A stretch of 61,901 nucleotides of DNA, counting the filler, from Globobulimina sp. (Eukaryota): the NCBI GenBank assembly GCA_003354225.1. It is 24 parts of 24 records of this genome, joined end to end, with 100 filler letters (N's around TTAATTAATTAA, not from the genome) between each part and the next. Parts side by side here need not be neighbours in the genome. Positions count along the whole stretch, not along the records: positions 1 to 2,485 come from PIVH01006402.1; positions 2,586 to 5,070 come from PIVH01006403.1; positions 5,171 to 7,655 come from PIVH01006404.1; positions 7,756 to 10,240 come from PIVH01006405.1; positions 10,341 to 12,824 come from PIVH01006406.1; 19 more parts are not named here. One strand, 5' to 3'. How positions within the stretch are numbered: the first letter of the stretch is position 1; every line of letters starts with the position of its first letter. The notes beneath the pieces were generated by a model. It was given only the letters and a program-made list of their open reading frames with translations, had not been told where the DNA came from and did no database searches. Positions 1-11,055 of this stretch are shown here, one piece after another. The translations under genes and the position numbers were made by a program.

Positions 1-478
1 TGTTTTTTTGGTGTTATTTTTGGTTTTATCTTTGGTTTTGGTTTTGGTTTTGGAATTGCTTTTTGTCTTTGTTTTTGTGCTTCTTTTCGTTCTTGTTTTA
101 GTTGTTTCATTGCTCGCTCTCTTTCCTCTGTCGGTAATTCTATGCTTTCTTTTATTAATAAGTCAGCTAAATCTCTCATATCAATCGGCAATGATTCATC
201 GGGCTCTCCGGTATATGCTAAGAGCTGCTCCATTTTGCTGGGGTCATGACGTAATATATCAGATGTATGTTGATATGATATTAGATCTAAAACGTGTTGT
301 AATAATTCTAATGCTTCTTTTTGATTTTGATGTCTATGCATCATATGTTGTTGAAGATGAATAAGTTGTTTGTCTATAATACAAACACATACTTTGATAA
401 AAGTGACATGCGGTCCTTATATCCATGAACCAACTTGTCCAAATCTGGGCGTTTTTTGGAAAGTACTCCAGATGACAT
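1..478 (-). CDS. Hypothetical protein, N-terminal part (3' truncated), one ~60-nt intron, K/P-rich end
   Basis: ATG at 478: MSSGVLSKKRPDLDKLVHGYKDRMSLLSK, then a GTATGT...GCATAG intron, then HQNQKEALELLQHVLDLISY...PKPKPKPKIKPK open to the contig edge. The plus-strand hydrophobic ORF 8..364 is its antisense shadow. Confidence 0.6.
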
Positions 479-694
479 TTTGCTTTGTAACTTAATAATA
501 ATAAAATCCCATTAAGAATCCATTAAGTTCGTTTATTAAAGTAAGTTTTTTTTGTACTACAACTCAAAAATCTCGTTTTTTGTTTACTTATAATTACGTA
601 CTTTTCAGACTTGTGTTACAAAACAGCTTATTTTAACAAACAAGCATCAAAAAGTCCGACACAATCCTGTATAAAAACGTAATAATATACTGGA

Positions 695-2485
695 TTAACT
701 ATATGTTTTATGGATTTTATTCCGTTTTTTCTTTCTATTCATGACATTGTTTTGTTTCTGTTTATTTGTTAACCCGTATTTATTTACATTCTCATCCATC
801 GGATAATAATTATCATCAGAAAAAGTGTCCGTATTTCTTGATACTTCCTCAATAATCACAGATTTCCCACTCATTGAATCTCTTCCATTCGATTGTTGAT
901 TATTGTTTACATTATTATTATCATCACCAATTATATCAGAAACACTTTTTTTCATTTCACTATATTTTAACATTTCAACCACATAATCTGCCACATCCTG
1001 TTTTGCATTGGAAGGGTGCTCATTTTCTGTGTCATTTACGTTTAATTGTAGCATATTAACATTATGTTCAACATCTTTTATGTCCTGAGCTTGTTCCATA
1101 TCTTTTATATCATCATCCGATGAACTATCATTTGTTCTGTGTCGCTTATATTTTCGTGTCACTTCCTATTTAATATCAGCAACACATCAACAACAAATAT
1201 TAATATATATTAATATAACAATTAACTAAATGTCGAATTAAAGAATCTTCTCTGCCGACATGAAGCATATTTTTTATCGATCGCGATGTTGACAACTTTG
1301 CATTTGTGGAATTATTTATATTTAACGAACTATTTTTTATTTTATTTTTCAAATAAAAGGAGTTTTGTTTTGAATTTTTAGTTAATTGAATAATTTGATT
1401 CGCATTTCTTGACAATTCATTTAATGAAAATTTGATATCGTTTTTGTGATCATTTCCCTGCATAACTTTATTTGTTAAAATATTTAAATTGTTCAAATCA
1501 TTATTATCGTTGCCCCAGTCACAATGTCCTCGTTCTCCTTCATTTGGAGCTATTTCATGTTCTGTGTTGTTATAAATGGTTGGTAGCAATGCTTCGTGTT
1601 TTAATAAACATTGCCGTTTCTTACGTCTGTTGACTGATTTTGAATATTCGATTTTGATGAATTGCTTAATTTTGTTTAATTTTTTGGACCAATTATTGGT
1701 GTAATGTTGTTGCAAAATTTGAGTAATATCATTTACATCAAACACATAAAATTCGCACCAGGTCTCACAAGTTAATGTGGAATTTCTTTTTTTTAAAATA
1801 AATGCATATTCGCCAACAACATCACCTCTTTGTATTACTTGTTCATATTTTCGGTTATTTTTATCATACATTTTATGCGATGCTTTGCCAATTCTTTGTA
1901 TGTAGATCTTTTCCGCAATATCACCTTTTACAAATAATTTATAGCCTTTGTTGCATGAAATTGATTTCATTTTTAATGCAATTAGTCCTCGAACATATGG
2001 ATCCAAATATTTATTACCAAAAAAATCTAAATTTTCTAAATATTTATTGCTTATATACAGTGATACATCCATCGCCAAATAAGATGGCAAATTGGATAAA
2101 ACATCGTTTTCGTCACCTGTTTATTTTATATATCAGCGGTACACAATATATCATATATGGAATATCTATGCAGTGTTATCGGAGCAACATTCAATTTTTG
2201 TTGATAAATATGTTGAAATTGTATTGTATCGCAATTGGTTATACAAAAATGAATATAGTAAACTGGATCAAATGTAAACAAACCTAATACATAGTTGTTA
2301 TTACCTAGTTACATGCATTTATATTATTATAGGTTTAGAGTCAGTGAATAGATACATACAATGATAGCGAGTGTGTGTTAATACAGCACGGGACATCTCT
2401 GGCGGTAAACGTTTCTGTTGACAAAAATGTTGTGCATCACGGTTGAGTGTGCGCTTTTGGGGTTTGGGGCTTTGAGCAAAAATAC
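695..2485 (-). CDS. Cyclic-nucleotide-binding-domain ion channel (CNG/KCNH/HCN-like), C-linker + CNBD + low-complexity tail, 5' truncated, multi-exon
   Basis: C-linker-like RDAQHFCQQKRLPPEMSRAVLTHTRYH...DENDVLSNLPSYL. CNBD motif LFVKGDIAEKIYI...RGDVVGEYAFILKKRNSTLTCETWCEFY. ORFs 1200..2090 and 695..1162 are joined by a GT-AG intron. A 21-nt micro-exon lies at 2284..2304. Confidence 0.8.
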
Positions 2486-2585
2486 NNNNNNNNNNNNNNN
2501 NNNNNNNNNNNNNNNNNNNNNNNNNNNNNTTAATTAATTAANNNNNNNNNNNNNNNNNNNNNNNNNNNNNNNNNNNNNNNNNNNN
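2486..2585. other. Artificial contig-joining spacer (N44-TTAATTAATTAA-N44), first of 23
   Basis: Identical 100-nt spacers start at 2486, 5071, 7656, 10241, 12825, 15409, 17993, 20577, 23161, 25745, 28329, 30913, 33496, 36079, 38662, 41245, 43828, 46411, 48993, 51575, 54157, 56739 and 59321. Intervening contig lengths fall from 2485 to 2481 nt (size-sorted). The linker gives stops in all six frames. Confidence 0.99.
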
Positions 2586-4277
2586 GAATGGGAACGTAAA
2601 TGTGGAGTTGGCGCCCAATTAAAAAACGTATCCACAATGTTAGAAAATATAGACGACGAAGACGATAATAAAGATCCATACAAAGGATATAAATTAATGA
2701 AAGAGAAAAAAGATTTGTTATTATTTGGTGATCCATTCTTTTATTGGGAATATTTTGCCGGCGATGCATTACATTGCAAACCAAAATATCGCACCTTGAA
2801 ACAAGAAATATTACATAACAAAATATTTAATTTAAGCTCGATGCAATATGAAGATTTGTTATTTTTAAGTGAGTTATGGCAGAAATCGAGCATGGGACAA
2901 TTTTGTACAGCTTTCAATCGTGGCGGTGCTTCCAATGAACAGTATGACATTGAAGCGGGATTACCATTGACCATATCACATATTATGAGTATTATTTTAT
3001 TTAGCGGCTCTTATGACCTCTTAGCATACAAATATATAAACTCAGCATGTAACAAACTAAGCACTACAGAGCAATATTCAGAGACCAAATTAAGAAATAC
3101 AGAGATTGGCATTTGGTATAAATTGATGAAAGAAGTGGTCATGTTTTACGGTGAGATGTCCTCCGTACAACAATCGTTTTTTATCAGTATTGATTCCCAT
3201 TTATTATTTAATTCATTTGCGCCCCAAATCAATTCACCATTTGTGGCTACCACATCGTTATCTGCATCGAGGATAATTACCGCAGAGACTGGTGCTATTA
3301 TTAAATATCAACAACATTCGAGCCTTGCCAATCCATTCATAGATATCTCGTATTGTTCGCCATTCCCGCATCGCGATTTAAAATTGTTTAGTTATGCCAC
3401 GGTGTTTGAAATCAAAGACATTTTTATTAAAAATAAGTTTGGCTCCATTGCCTCGAATAGGAATTATGTGACTGCCATGTTAATATGGGAGAGAATGATA
3501 AATGGACAGTATTATCATAATTTATGTGATTTTCAGAGTCAAAGATATCAGAAATCGTTGATGTTAATGATGGATAATGAATTATTAGCGAACAAACAAA
3601 AGAAAGCACCAACATATGTGCAATCAAGTTATAATAAGCAATTAGGAAGATTTGAAGGAGTGGAAAAAAACGGAGTATCGACATATATCCAAGCCTTATT
3701 TAGTTATATTATTGCCAATAGCAAAGAAATGTGGATTATACAATCAGAATATGAACAGTTAGGGCCGCAGTTACAAAATTATTTATTAACTTTGCATGAC
3801 AATGCATTTAAACCTTTTACGATTTTATGGAATAAACGATTGCGGAAAACATTAAAACAAGATTTAGCGTTTAAATTTGTCAACGAATATAGCTGGGAGT
3901 TGGATGAAGATGATGTGAAAGAATATAATGAATTGAAGGAATCGCAGATGATGGAGGGACCGGAGATGTCACTGCAATTAGAAGAAAATGATTATGATGG
4001 ATTTTTATTTAAAGCAATGTTAGCAAAACAATATTCCAGTAATGATGCAAAAGGTGGATTTGCTATTTCTTGTAATAAGTTACCTAAAAAATACTCGCGA
4101 ATATTAATTGAATGGGATTTACATTGTAAAGCAGCAAATGATTTTGTTATGTGTTCTCCTGCCAAAGTTATGTATAATGGTGACATCGATGGGTACACCA
4201 CATTTGCAAATCAGTTGCTTAATGGCAAAGATAAAATTACATTTAAAATATGTATTAAAATTAAGGAATCTTCCTAA
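2586..4277 (+). CDS. Hypothetical protein, degenerate ART-like domain plus C-terminal MATH-like beta domain, 5' truncated
   Basis: Frame is open from the contig start. The segment YKLMKEVVMFYGE...FFISIDSHLLFNSFAPQINSPFVATTS...GAIIKY...FIDISYCSPF aligns by eye with the ART-like ORF at 56846. C-terminal YSWELDEDD...GPEMSL...FLFKAML resembles MATH strands. Confidence 0.55.
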   Translation, partial: EWERKCGVGAQLKNVSTMLENIDDEDDNKDPYKGYKLMKEKKDLLLFGDPFFYWEYFAGDALHCKPKYRTLKQEILHNKIFNLSSMQYEDLLFLSELWQKSSMGQFCTAFNRGGASNEQYDIEAGLPLTISHIMSIILFSGSYDLLAYKYINSACNKLSTTEQYSETKLRNTEIGIWYKLMKEVVMFYGEMSSVQQSFFISIDSHLLFNSFAPQINSPFVATTSLSASRIITAETGAIIKYQQHSSLANPFIDISYCSPFPHRDLKLFSYATVFEIKDIFIKNKFGSIASNRNYVTAMLIWERMINGQYYHNLCDFQSQRYQKSLMLMMDNELLANKQKKAPTYVQSSYNKQLGRFEGVEKNGVSTYIQALFSYIIANSKEMWIIQSEYEQLGPQLQNYLLTLHDNAFKPFTILWNKRLRKTLKQDLAFKFVNEYSWELDEDDVKEYNELKESQMMEGPEMSLQLEENDYDGFLFKAMLAKQYSSNDAKGGFAISCNKLPKKYSRILIEWDLHCKAANDFVMCSPAKVMYNGDIDGYTTFANQLLNGKDKITFKICIKIKESS

Positions 4278-4435
4278 AAATATATATCTCGTTATTTATT
4301 TTTTTGTTGTTGTTGTAAATATATACTAGAGTATTTGTAGTGGTTTTTGTCTGTTATTTTTGTTTAATACAGTATGCTTATGTACAGCCGCTTTGTTTTC
4401 AATTAAAGTCCTACGCAAAAACCAGGGGAAAAACC

Positions 4436-5070
4436 ATGTCAGCAAACGCCGATTTTGACCAATGGTTGAAGCAAAATAATCTGTCAGAATTTGAAGATGT
4501 GTTTCATGAAGAAAATATTAGTCGTACGGAACAACTACGGAATTTATCATTTAGCAAAATGAGTCAAATTTTAGATTCATTGAAAAAACAATTGGGACCA
4601 AGTTTTAATCCAAAACTTGCGGATCGTTTTGTAAATTGCATAAAAAATATCAATCCCCAGATTTCAACCTTATTACGGGATGAAAATCAGCAAAAACCAG
4701 AACCACAATCCACACAAAACAATAAGATATTAAATAAACTTGAAACATATAATAATGCATATTCAACATCATTGGAACGGATCAAACTTAAACAACAACA
4801 AATTGATACGGAAACATCTAAATTGGATAAAGGCATGGAAGATATGTTTGCGTCATTTCACAATAAAACACAAAATATTATTCAAGAACAAGTGCTACAA
4901 TACAAACGATCACTATCTGATAATTTAAAAAAACAAAATACCAATTTTGAAAAAATAAAACATGAAAAACAGTTATACATTGACAAAATAAACAACACGG
5001 CAGAGACTGAAATGCCTGGATTAAATGCAATGATTGAAAATAAATTGAAAAAATATAACCAAGATAAATG
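4436..5070 (+). CDS. SAM-like domain + coiled-coil protein, 3' truncated
   Basis: MSANADFDQWLKQNNLSEFEDVFHEENISRTEQLRNLS matches the SAM W-L...F pattern, followed by a Q/K/N-rich heptad region. Confidence 0.65.
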
Positions 5071-5544
5071 NNNNNNNNNNNNNNNNNNNNNNNNNNNNNN
5101 NNNNNNNNNNNNNNTTAATTAATTAANNNNNNNNNNNNNNNNNNNNNNNNNNNNNNNNNNNNNNNNNNNNGAATCACAGTGTAGATTACGTTGTTCTTTA
5201 CAAACCAAACTGAAATTTCTTAACTAATTACTTTCATATTTAACGAGAAGAACTTTTCGTGAAATTTCGACTTTCTTAAATTTGCATTCAACATTACAAC
5301 TTGTATAGAGATTGATTTTCGTGACTATCCAAGACAAGTTATGAAATTCCTGAACGAAAACATAAATAATTATCCTTGCACACCGTATCTGATATTGCTT
5401 CTTTTCTGCTTATTGGGAAAGTGCAAAATGAGCAGAGAAATCCATGCGAAGATTACAAGAAAAACTGAGAATAATAATGTAGAGATTTATTTTGCAATTA
5501 AAAGTGTTAGATTTGTTTTTAAATTAACACAATGTTTATTGTTT

Positions 5545-5927
5545 TTATTCCTTTTCTACATAAGTATATAATGAGGAATCAAGCCAAATTGGTTCAGTGC
5601 TATCAATATAATACCAAATGACCATACCAGTGACATAGACTGGAAACATAAATTTAAACTGTGCCATTAAGGCATATCTATTATTCATCGACAATAGTTG
5701 TTGAGTGGCTGGATCACCTCTTCCTAATTTCGTATTTGTCCATCTTAATTTTGGATCAATATTCTCCCAAACCCAATTATTTCCTATCTTTCGTCTTTCT
5801 GTTTTGTTTTTAAATATATATAGCATAAATGTTTGCGAATCTGCGTTCGTATATTTTACAACATACGAATCATTGCCAACCGTTTGGTATACAATGGACG
5901 TAATACACGGGATGTGATTCGATTCAT
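5545..5927 (-). CDS. Small predicted mitochondrial single-pass membrane protein
   Basis: ATG at 5927 gives an Arg-rich, acid-free presequence MNRITSRVLRPLYTKRLAMIQRRK across a GTATGT...AAACAG intron, followed by one hydrophobic segment FMFPVYVTGMVIWYYI. Confidence 0.6.
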
Positions 5928-6233
5928 TGTGGTATTGCGAGTTGCCAAGCCTTGTTGAGTCAAGGGGTTAATGCTAAAGTTTTTGATTTCAAAGAATAAA
6001 TTTGGCTACTTTGCACATTCAGAGTACTGTGTATTTTTATGATAGTCATTTGTCAAACAGCACGTTATCAAACAGAGTGATAATAAAAATCTAATTAATT
6101 AAAATAGTCTGTACAATATCTTGCTTTTTTGAATATTAAACTAATCAAAAAAACACCTGCAGCCATAAAACTGCAAAAAAAACTTGTATAAATGCACAAA
6201 TTAAATCACAATCAAATAAGAATTCCTTTTATT

Positions 6234-7537
6234 TTATTCCATTTGATAACGGTGCATTATCTCATTAATGATATCATGTCCTTTATTTTTATATTCAATC
6301 AATATATCATTCGCATCTTTAACATTTGTCAATGCAGCATCCTTTGTAACAATTTCAACATTTATACTTTTGTCCGTAGAATTTTTAATTTTATCTTTCA
6401 ATAAATTTGCATTTCGTTCTCCGCTCTCATCCCAATCTAAAAATAACACAAATTGATCATAAAAATGAATCAATTGTTGTATAATTTCATTTGAAAGATT
6501 ATTTGCCCCATTTGGCAAACTCACAGGTTGTATCTTATAATCTGTTGCAAAATATATTGCCATGCAATCATACTCTCCTTCGGTTATAACAATCTTGTTC
6601 TTGTTTTGTATATTACCAAATCCAAATAAACCAGATTCGTTAAATAGTGGATATTGCGCAAATTGTTTAATATTATTAGAAACACATCGCATTTTATACT
6701 TTGTTGCAATGAATGTTTCGTGTTTCTCACTATATTGATACATTGGAAAGGTAATACATTGTTGTTTCTCTTTTAAATTTGCAAAATGTTTATATTTTAA
6801 TCCGCATTTATAATCAACAAAACATTGTGATGATAAATTGCGTTGTTTAATTAATCTGTTTAACAATGGTTTTTCTGCAAATAATCGCTCTGTTTCTGAC
6901 TTTATGTCTCTTTCGGATATATAATCCATTCGCGATATTTTCTCAATTTCACTCTCGTCGTTTTCTATGTACTCATAGTCAATATACTCATTATAATCAT
7001 TGTAGGCATCACCGGATTGATGGCCTGAAATATTAAATATTTTAATTAAAGATGGCCAATTTCCATGATTTTGACATCGGAAACAATTCCATGATCCAAT
7101 ATCAGTGAAGATTCCTAATGTCCATAGATTTGTGCTGTGGTTCTTATGTGGTGGACATAGCGGACATTCTCTTAATTGAATTACTTCTTTGTGTCCGGTA
7201 CGATACGTTCTAAACTGTTTTTGTTTTGTTTTTCCGGAATAAATGTGGGTTTGTTGAAATTTTCGGAAAATTATGGCAGTTACGAAACTTTGAAATCATT
7301 ATTTTGCTGAAGACCATGCGATTGAAGAAATTGTATAAGATTTATATTTGCGCAATGTTGTGATGGTGGATCATTAAACGATGCTGGATCAGTATTAATA
7401 GTATGATATGACATGCCGTGCACGTGGGTGTTTGGATAGTTTGCATATTTTTGCAATTTTCTGTGTTGTCTGGCATGGAATATTAAATTGTTGAGATTAC
7501 AAGAAATAGTACTTGTAATCCGATGTGATCTTTTCAT
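6234..7537 (-). CDS. Twinkle/T7-gp4-type primase (Zn-binding domain + TOPRIM), no helicase domain
   Basis: Intron 7215..7288. Zn ribbon ECPLC...WNCFRC. TOPRIM VITEGEYDCMA, VSLPNGA, LFLDWDESG, KDANDIL. The basic N-terminus resembles a mitochondrial presequence. Confidence 0.85.
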
Positions 7538-8088
7538 TGTTTTATTGACAATTATCGATGTGGATAAAATAACATTAATTTTAATTCAATTAAATATACT
7601 TTATAATACATATTAACAATAGCCCATAATATTAAACCTATTCCAATCTCTGGGTNNNNNNNNNNNNNNNNNNNNNNNNNNNNNNNNNNNNNNNNNNNNT
7701 TAATTAATTAANNNNNNNNNNNNNNNNNNNNNNNNNNNNNNNNNNNNNNNNNNNNATATATTTTATCAATCGCTTGTTTGGAGACTACTCGGAAATATAA
7801 ATGACAGTATCTTTATTTTGCAATATTGACTACTTTGTCATAATATTTACTCCGTTAGAAATGTCTTCAGAAAAAAAACATTGTTACTCGAACCAGCAAG
7901 ATTCAAGATTCTATGACTTCCGATGTGTTTCTTCAATAATTATATAAAAAAGCATAAGGTAATAAAATATTTTACAAAACGCAACTCAATTATGGACCAT
8001 ATTTATTGGCAAATTTATTAAGTTGCGACAATAATTTTTTTGGCGCCTTCAAAAATTTTACTTCTTCCACAGCGAATTGTATTAACTG

Positions 8089-10240
8089 TTAATTATTCTT
8101 TCTTTGTCGTCTTTTATCAATATCCGAATATTCCTTATATTTCTTACAAAAATATGTAAACAATGATTCCAAACTTAATATCCTATTCACGCAGATATTG
8201 ACAAACAACACAGCCACATATTTATTAAACAATGGACAATCAATCAACGATTCATCCATAACAATGGCTAAATATTTCACCACAACATCCCGAAATCTGT
8301 CATCTGCATTATTTAACACATTGTTATGAAATAAAATAAGTATCAAATCAATAAATTCATCGCGAAAATTATTCACAAATATGTCATTAATAATCGATGC
8401 CCATACTTTTAAATCCACACAGTTTAAATTCAAAATGTCATCAATAGCGGAACCATTTGTGTTCGCTAAATATTTATTAATAAATCCCATTAATCTCATC
8501 TTCGTATCACCGTCGCCATAAACACTTGTTTTCTTTCGGTCATTCTTATTATTATTCGTATTCATATTATTCGTATTATTAACATTATTATCCGTATTTA
8601 TATTTTTATTTCGTGATTTATTATGTCCCCAATTCAATTTCCTTACTTTCTGTGGTGCCGATACCGGGATTCTTTTATTAACGATATTCTGCGCAATAAC
8701 ATTCTCTTCATTTTTTTCCTTAATATTTGCATTTACATTTACAGCAACTGCTGGTTTACTCGCTTGCTTATTTTTATTTAATTCATTTTTATTTAATTCA
8801 TTTTTATTTAATCCATTTTTATAATTTTGGATATATTTTATAATTTTCTTCCTATGGCCAATTTTCTGAATACCTATCTTTTTCAAATGAGTATCATTCA
8901 AACTCATTACCATATCCATATTCTCATAGCCATTCGACGCGAACGCATCCAAATACTGCGGCAGTCGGCATTTATCCCGCAACCATATCACTACACTTTG
9001 TTCGCCTTTTTTTTTCATTCCCACCTCATTTTGCTGCGGATTCATAGGTACAGCTTTTTGCTGCACCACTGGTTTGTGACTGCACCAATGATTTTTATTC
9101 ATTTTATTCATGTGACTGATTTGTGACTGCAATGATATCAGATTATTATTTATAACTTGAATCTGTTGATTCGTCTTCAAATTCAAGCTATTAATCGCAG
9201 CATTGAACTGTTTATACATTGTATTTATATCACTCACTCTCTGTCTCTCCAACTGCTTCAACCTATCATCCAACCCATTTAGACACGACACCAACACATC
9301 AAACCTATCACCACCGCCGTTATTATTATCATTCCCCGCAACAGCAACGCGTTTACGTGCACCTACATCACTCACCGCAACATCTACAAATATCGTGAAC
9401 GTATTATACAATTTAAACTCATCAAACGACAACGTATCGGTCTTACAGTCAATACAAGATTTATTATAGCTTAGTTTGTCCTGTCCGGCACTGCTAATAT
9501 GCGCATCTTTGCAATACACGGTCCAATTCAAGTTCTTATTATTTAAGGCTGGATCCTCGCCATTCCATTGTAGAGAAATGTGCACTTTCCCCGCAGAGTC
9601 AGTATTGTTATAGATACCATTTGGAAAGATTCGCACAAAAAAAGTATTTTGGAAGACATCGGTCAGGAAACAAGCGCCGAATTTGGATCCTTTCATTGTG
9701 CTTAATAACGACGGCGGCAATGTCGCTTCGAAGGTTATCGATTTACGATTATTTGCAGCAGCATACATGTGGGCGTATGAGATATCGTTATGAATGGATA
9801 ATATTTGTAATATACGGGTATGAATGGAGATAGTTAGCTGTTTTTGATATGTTCTACGTGTTAATGGTATGCCTGACGATAACCATTGTTTTTGCTGCAT
9901 GAGATTTTCAAATGAAAATAGACCGCAATCTGCATAGCTTACTTGTGTGCAATTTATGGTGCTCGATAATAGAATGCTTTTGAAGGCATTTTGTGAGGCG
10001 GTACAGGCTAAGGAGAAGATCAATATTTGATTGTTTTGGGTGGCGCGTACGCAGAATGTGTATGGGCCAATGATAAATGCATCGGACATAAGTTGAGGGC
10101 TGTTAGTGGTTAGGATTTCGTTTAATTTCTGTGCGGATATGTTCCAGATGTATGTAAGGCACATTTCATTGCTTTTAAAATGATGTTTTTTCATGTATGA
10201 TAATACGATGCGAATTAGTTCTGACGCATTCTGAGTAGCG
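8089..10240 (-). CDS. Tandem MATH-like domains + coiled coil + SAM + helical (MA3-like) C-terminal domain, probably 5' truncated
   Basis: YIWNISAQKL...SDAFIIGPYTFCV and TDVFQNTFFVRIFPNG are MATH-like. SAM: VVIWLRDKCRLPQYLDAFASNGYENMDMVMSLNDTHLKKIGIQKIGHRKKIIKYI. The helical C-terminal domain call is tentative. Confidence 0.65.
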
Positions 10241-10340
10241 NNNNNNNNNNNNNNNNNNNNNNNNNNNNNNNNNNNNNNNNNNNNTTAATTAATTAANNNN
10301 NNNNNNNNNNNNNNNNNNNNNNNNNNNNNNNNNNNNNNNN

Positions 10341-10896
10341 AAACATTAATGTAAACGACAAGATTAAAGATGATGGAAATCAACACTTGTTGGAAAAAAC
10401 AATTCGAAGAAAAAAAAGTGTGTCATCTTACAAAACATTGTTCGGAGTGTTCTTAGCAGCGATTCAAGGAATAGTTGGTGGCAACGCAAGTGCTACGCCG
10501 TTTTTAATGTGGAAAAATAACAAATCGGAGAATGAAGGTATATTAAATTATATATTTTCATATCTGTTGGGTTTATATTTTGGCAGCACACTGTTGTTCA
10601 TTGTCATGGGCGTTTGGAAGAAAATGCACAAACATAAATGGTTGAAGCCGGTTGTACGGCCAGCCTTTTTTTCTGGATTTATGTGGGGCATTGGTTATGC
10701 GGCATATATATTTTGTATGCAGCATCTAACCTTTTCTATGGTATTCGTTACGTCGCAGATTGGCTCTATTATTGTGTCATCCTGCTGGTCATTGTTCTAT
10801 TTCCACGAAATAACACAAAATAAAAGTAAGATTTTGTTATTGATTGCTTTAACTTTAATGATTCTTGGTATTTTTTGTGTTGGTGTTGCGGACTAA
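10341..10896 (+). CDS. TMEM144-like drug/metabolite-transporter-superfamily membrane protein, C-terminal half
   Basis: Several TM helices. PAFFSGFMWGIG and IVSSCWSLFYFHEI match the TMEM144/GlcU-type C-terminal pattern. Confidence 0.7.
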
Positions 10897-11055
10897 TTCA
10901 ATTTCACTGTAATATGAATTTTCATCATAATGTTATTATTAAAAACTAAATTTAGGATTCTTGAAAGCGAGTACAAAAAATTTTCACTCAAACTTTAACT
11001 CCCTCACAATCACAAAAAACACGTACCAACAATAACACAACAACACACATAAATT

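Noticed and set aside
8-364. Very hydrophobic plus-strand ORF (similar cases: 11822..12403, 12027..12422, 32125..32433)
   Set aside because: These are antisense shadows of K/E/P-rich coding sequence on the opposite strand.
374-392. Possible 19-nt ultra-short intron GTATGT...TTATAG
   Set aside because: Splicing it leads to an in-frame stop. The ~60-nt intron ending GCATAG gives an open frame.
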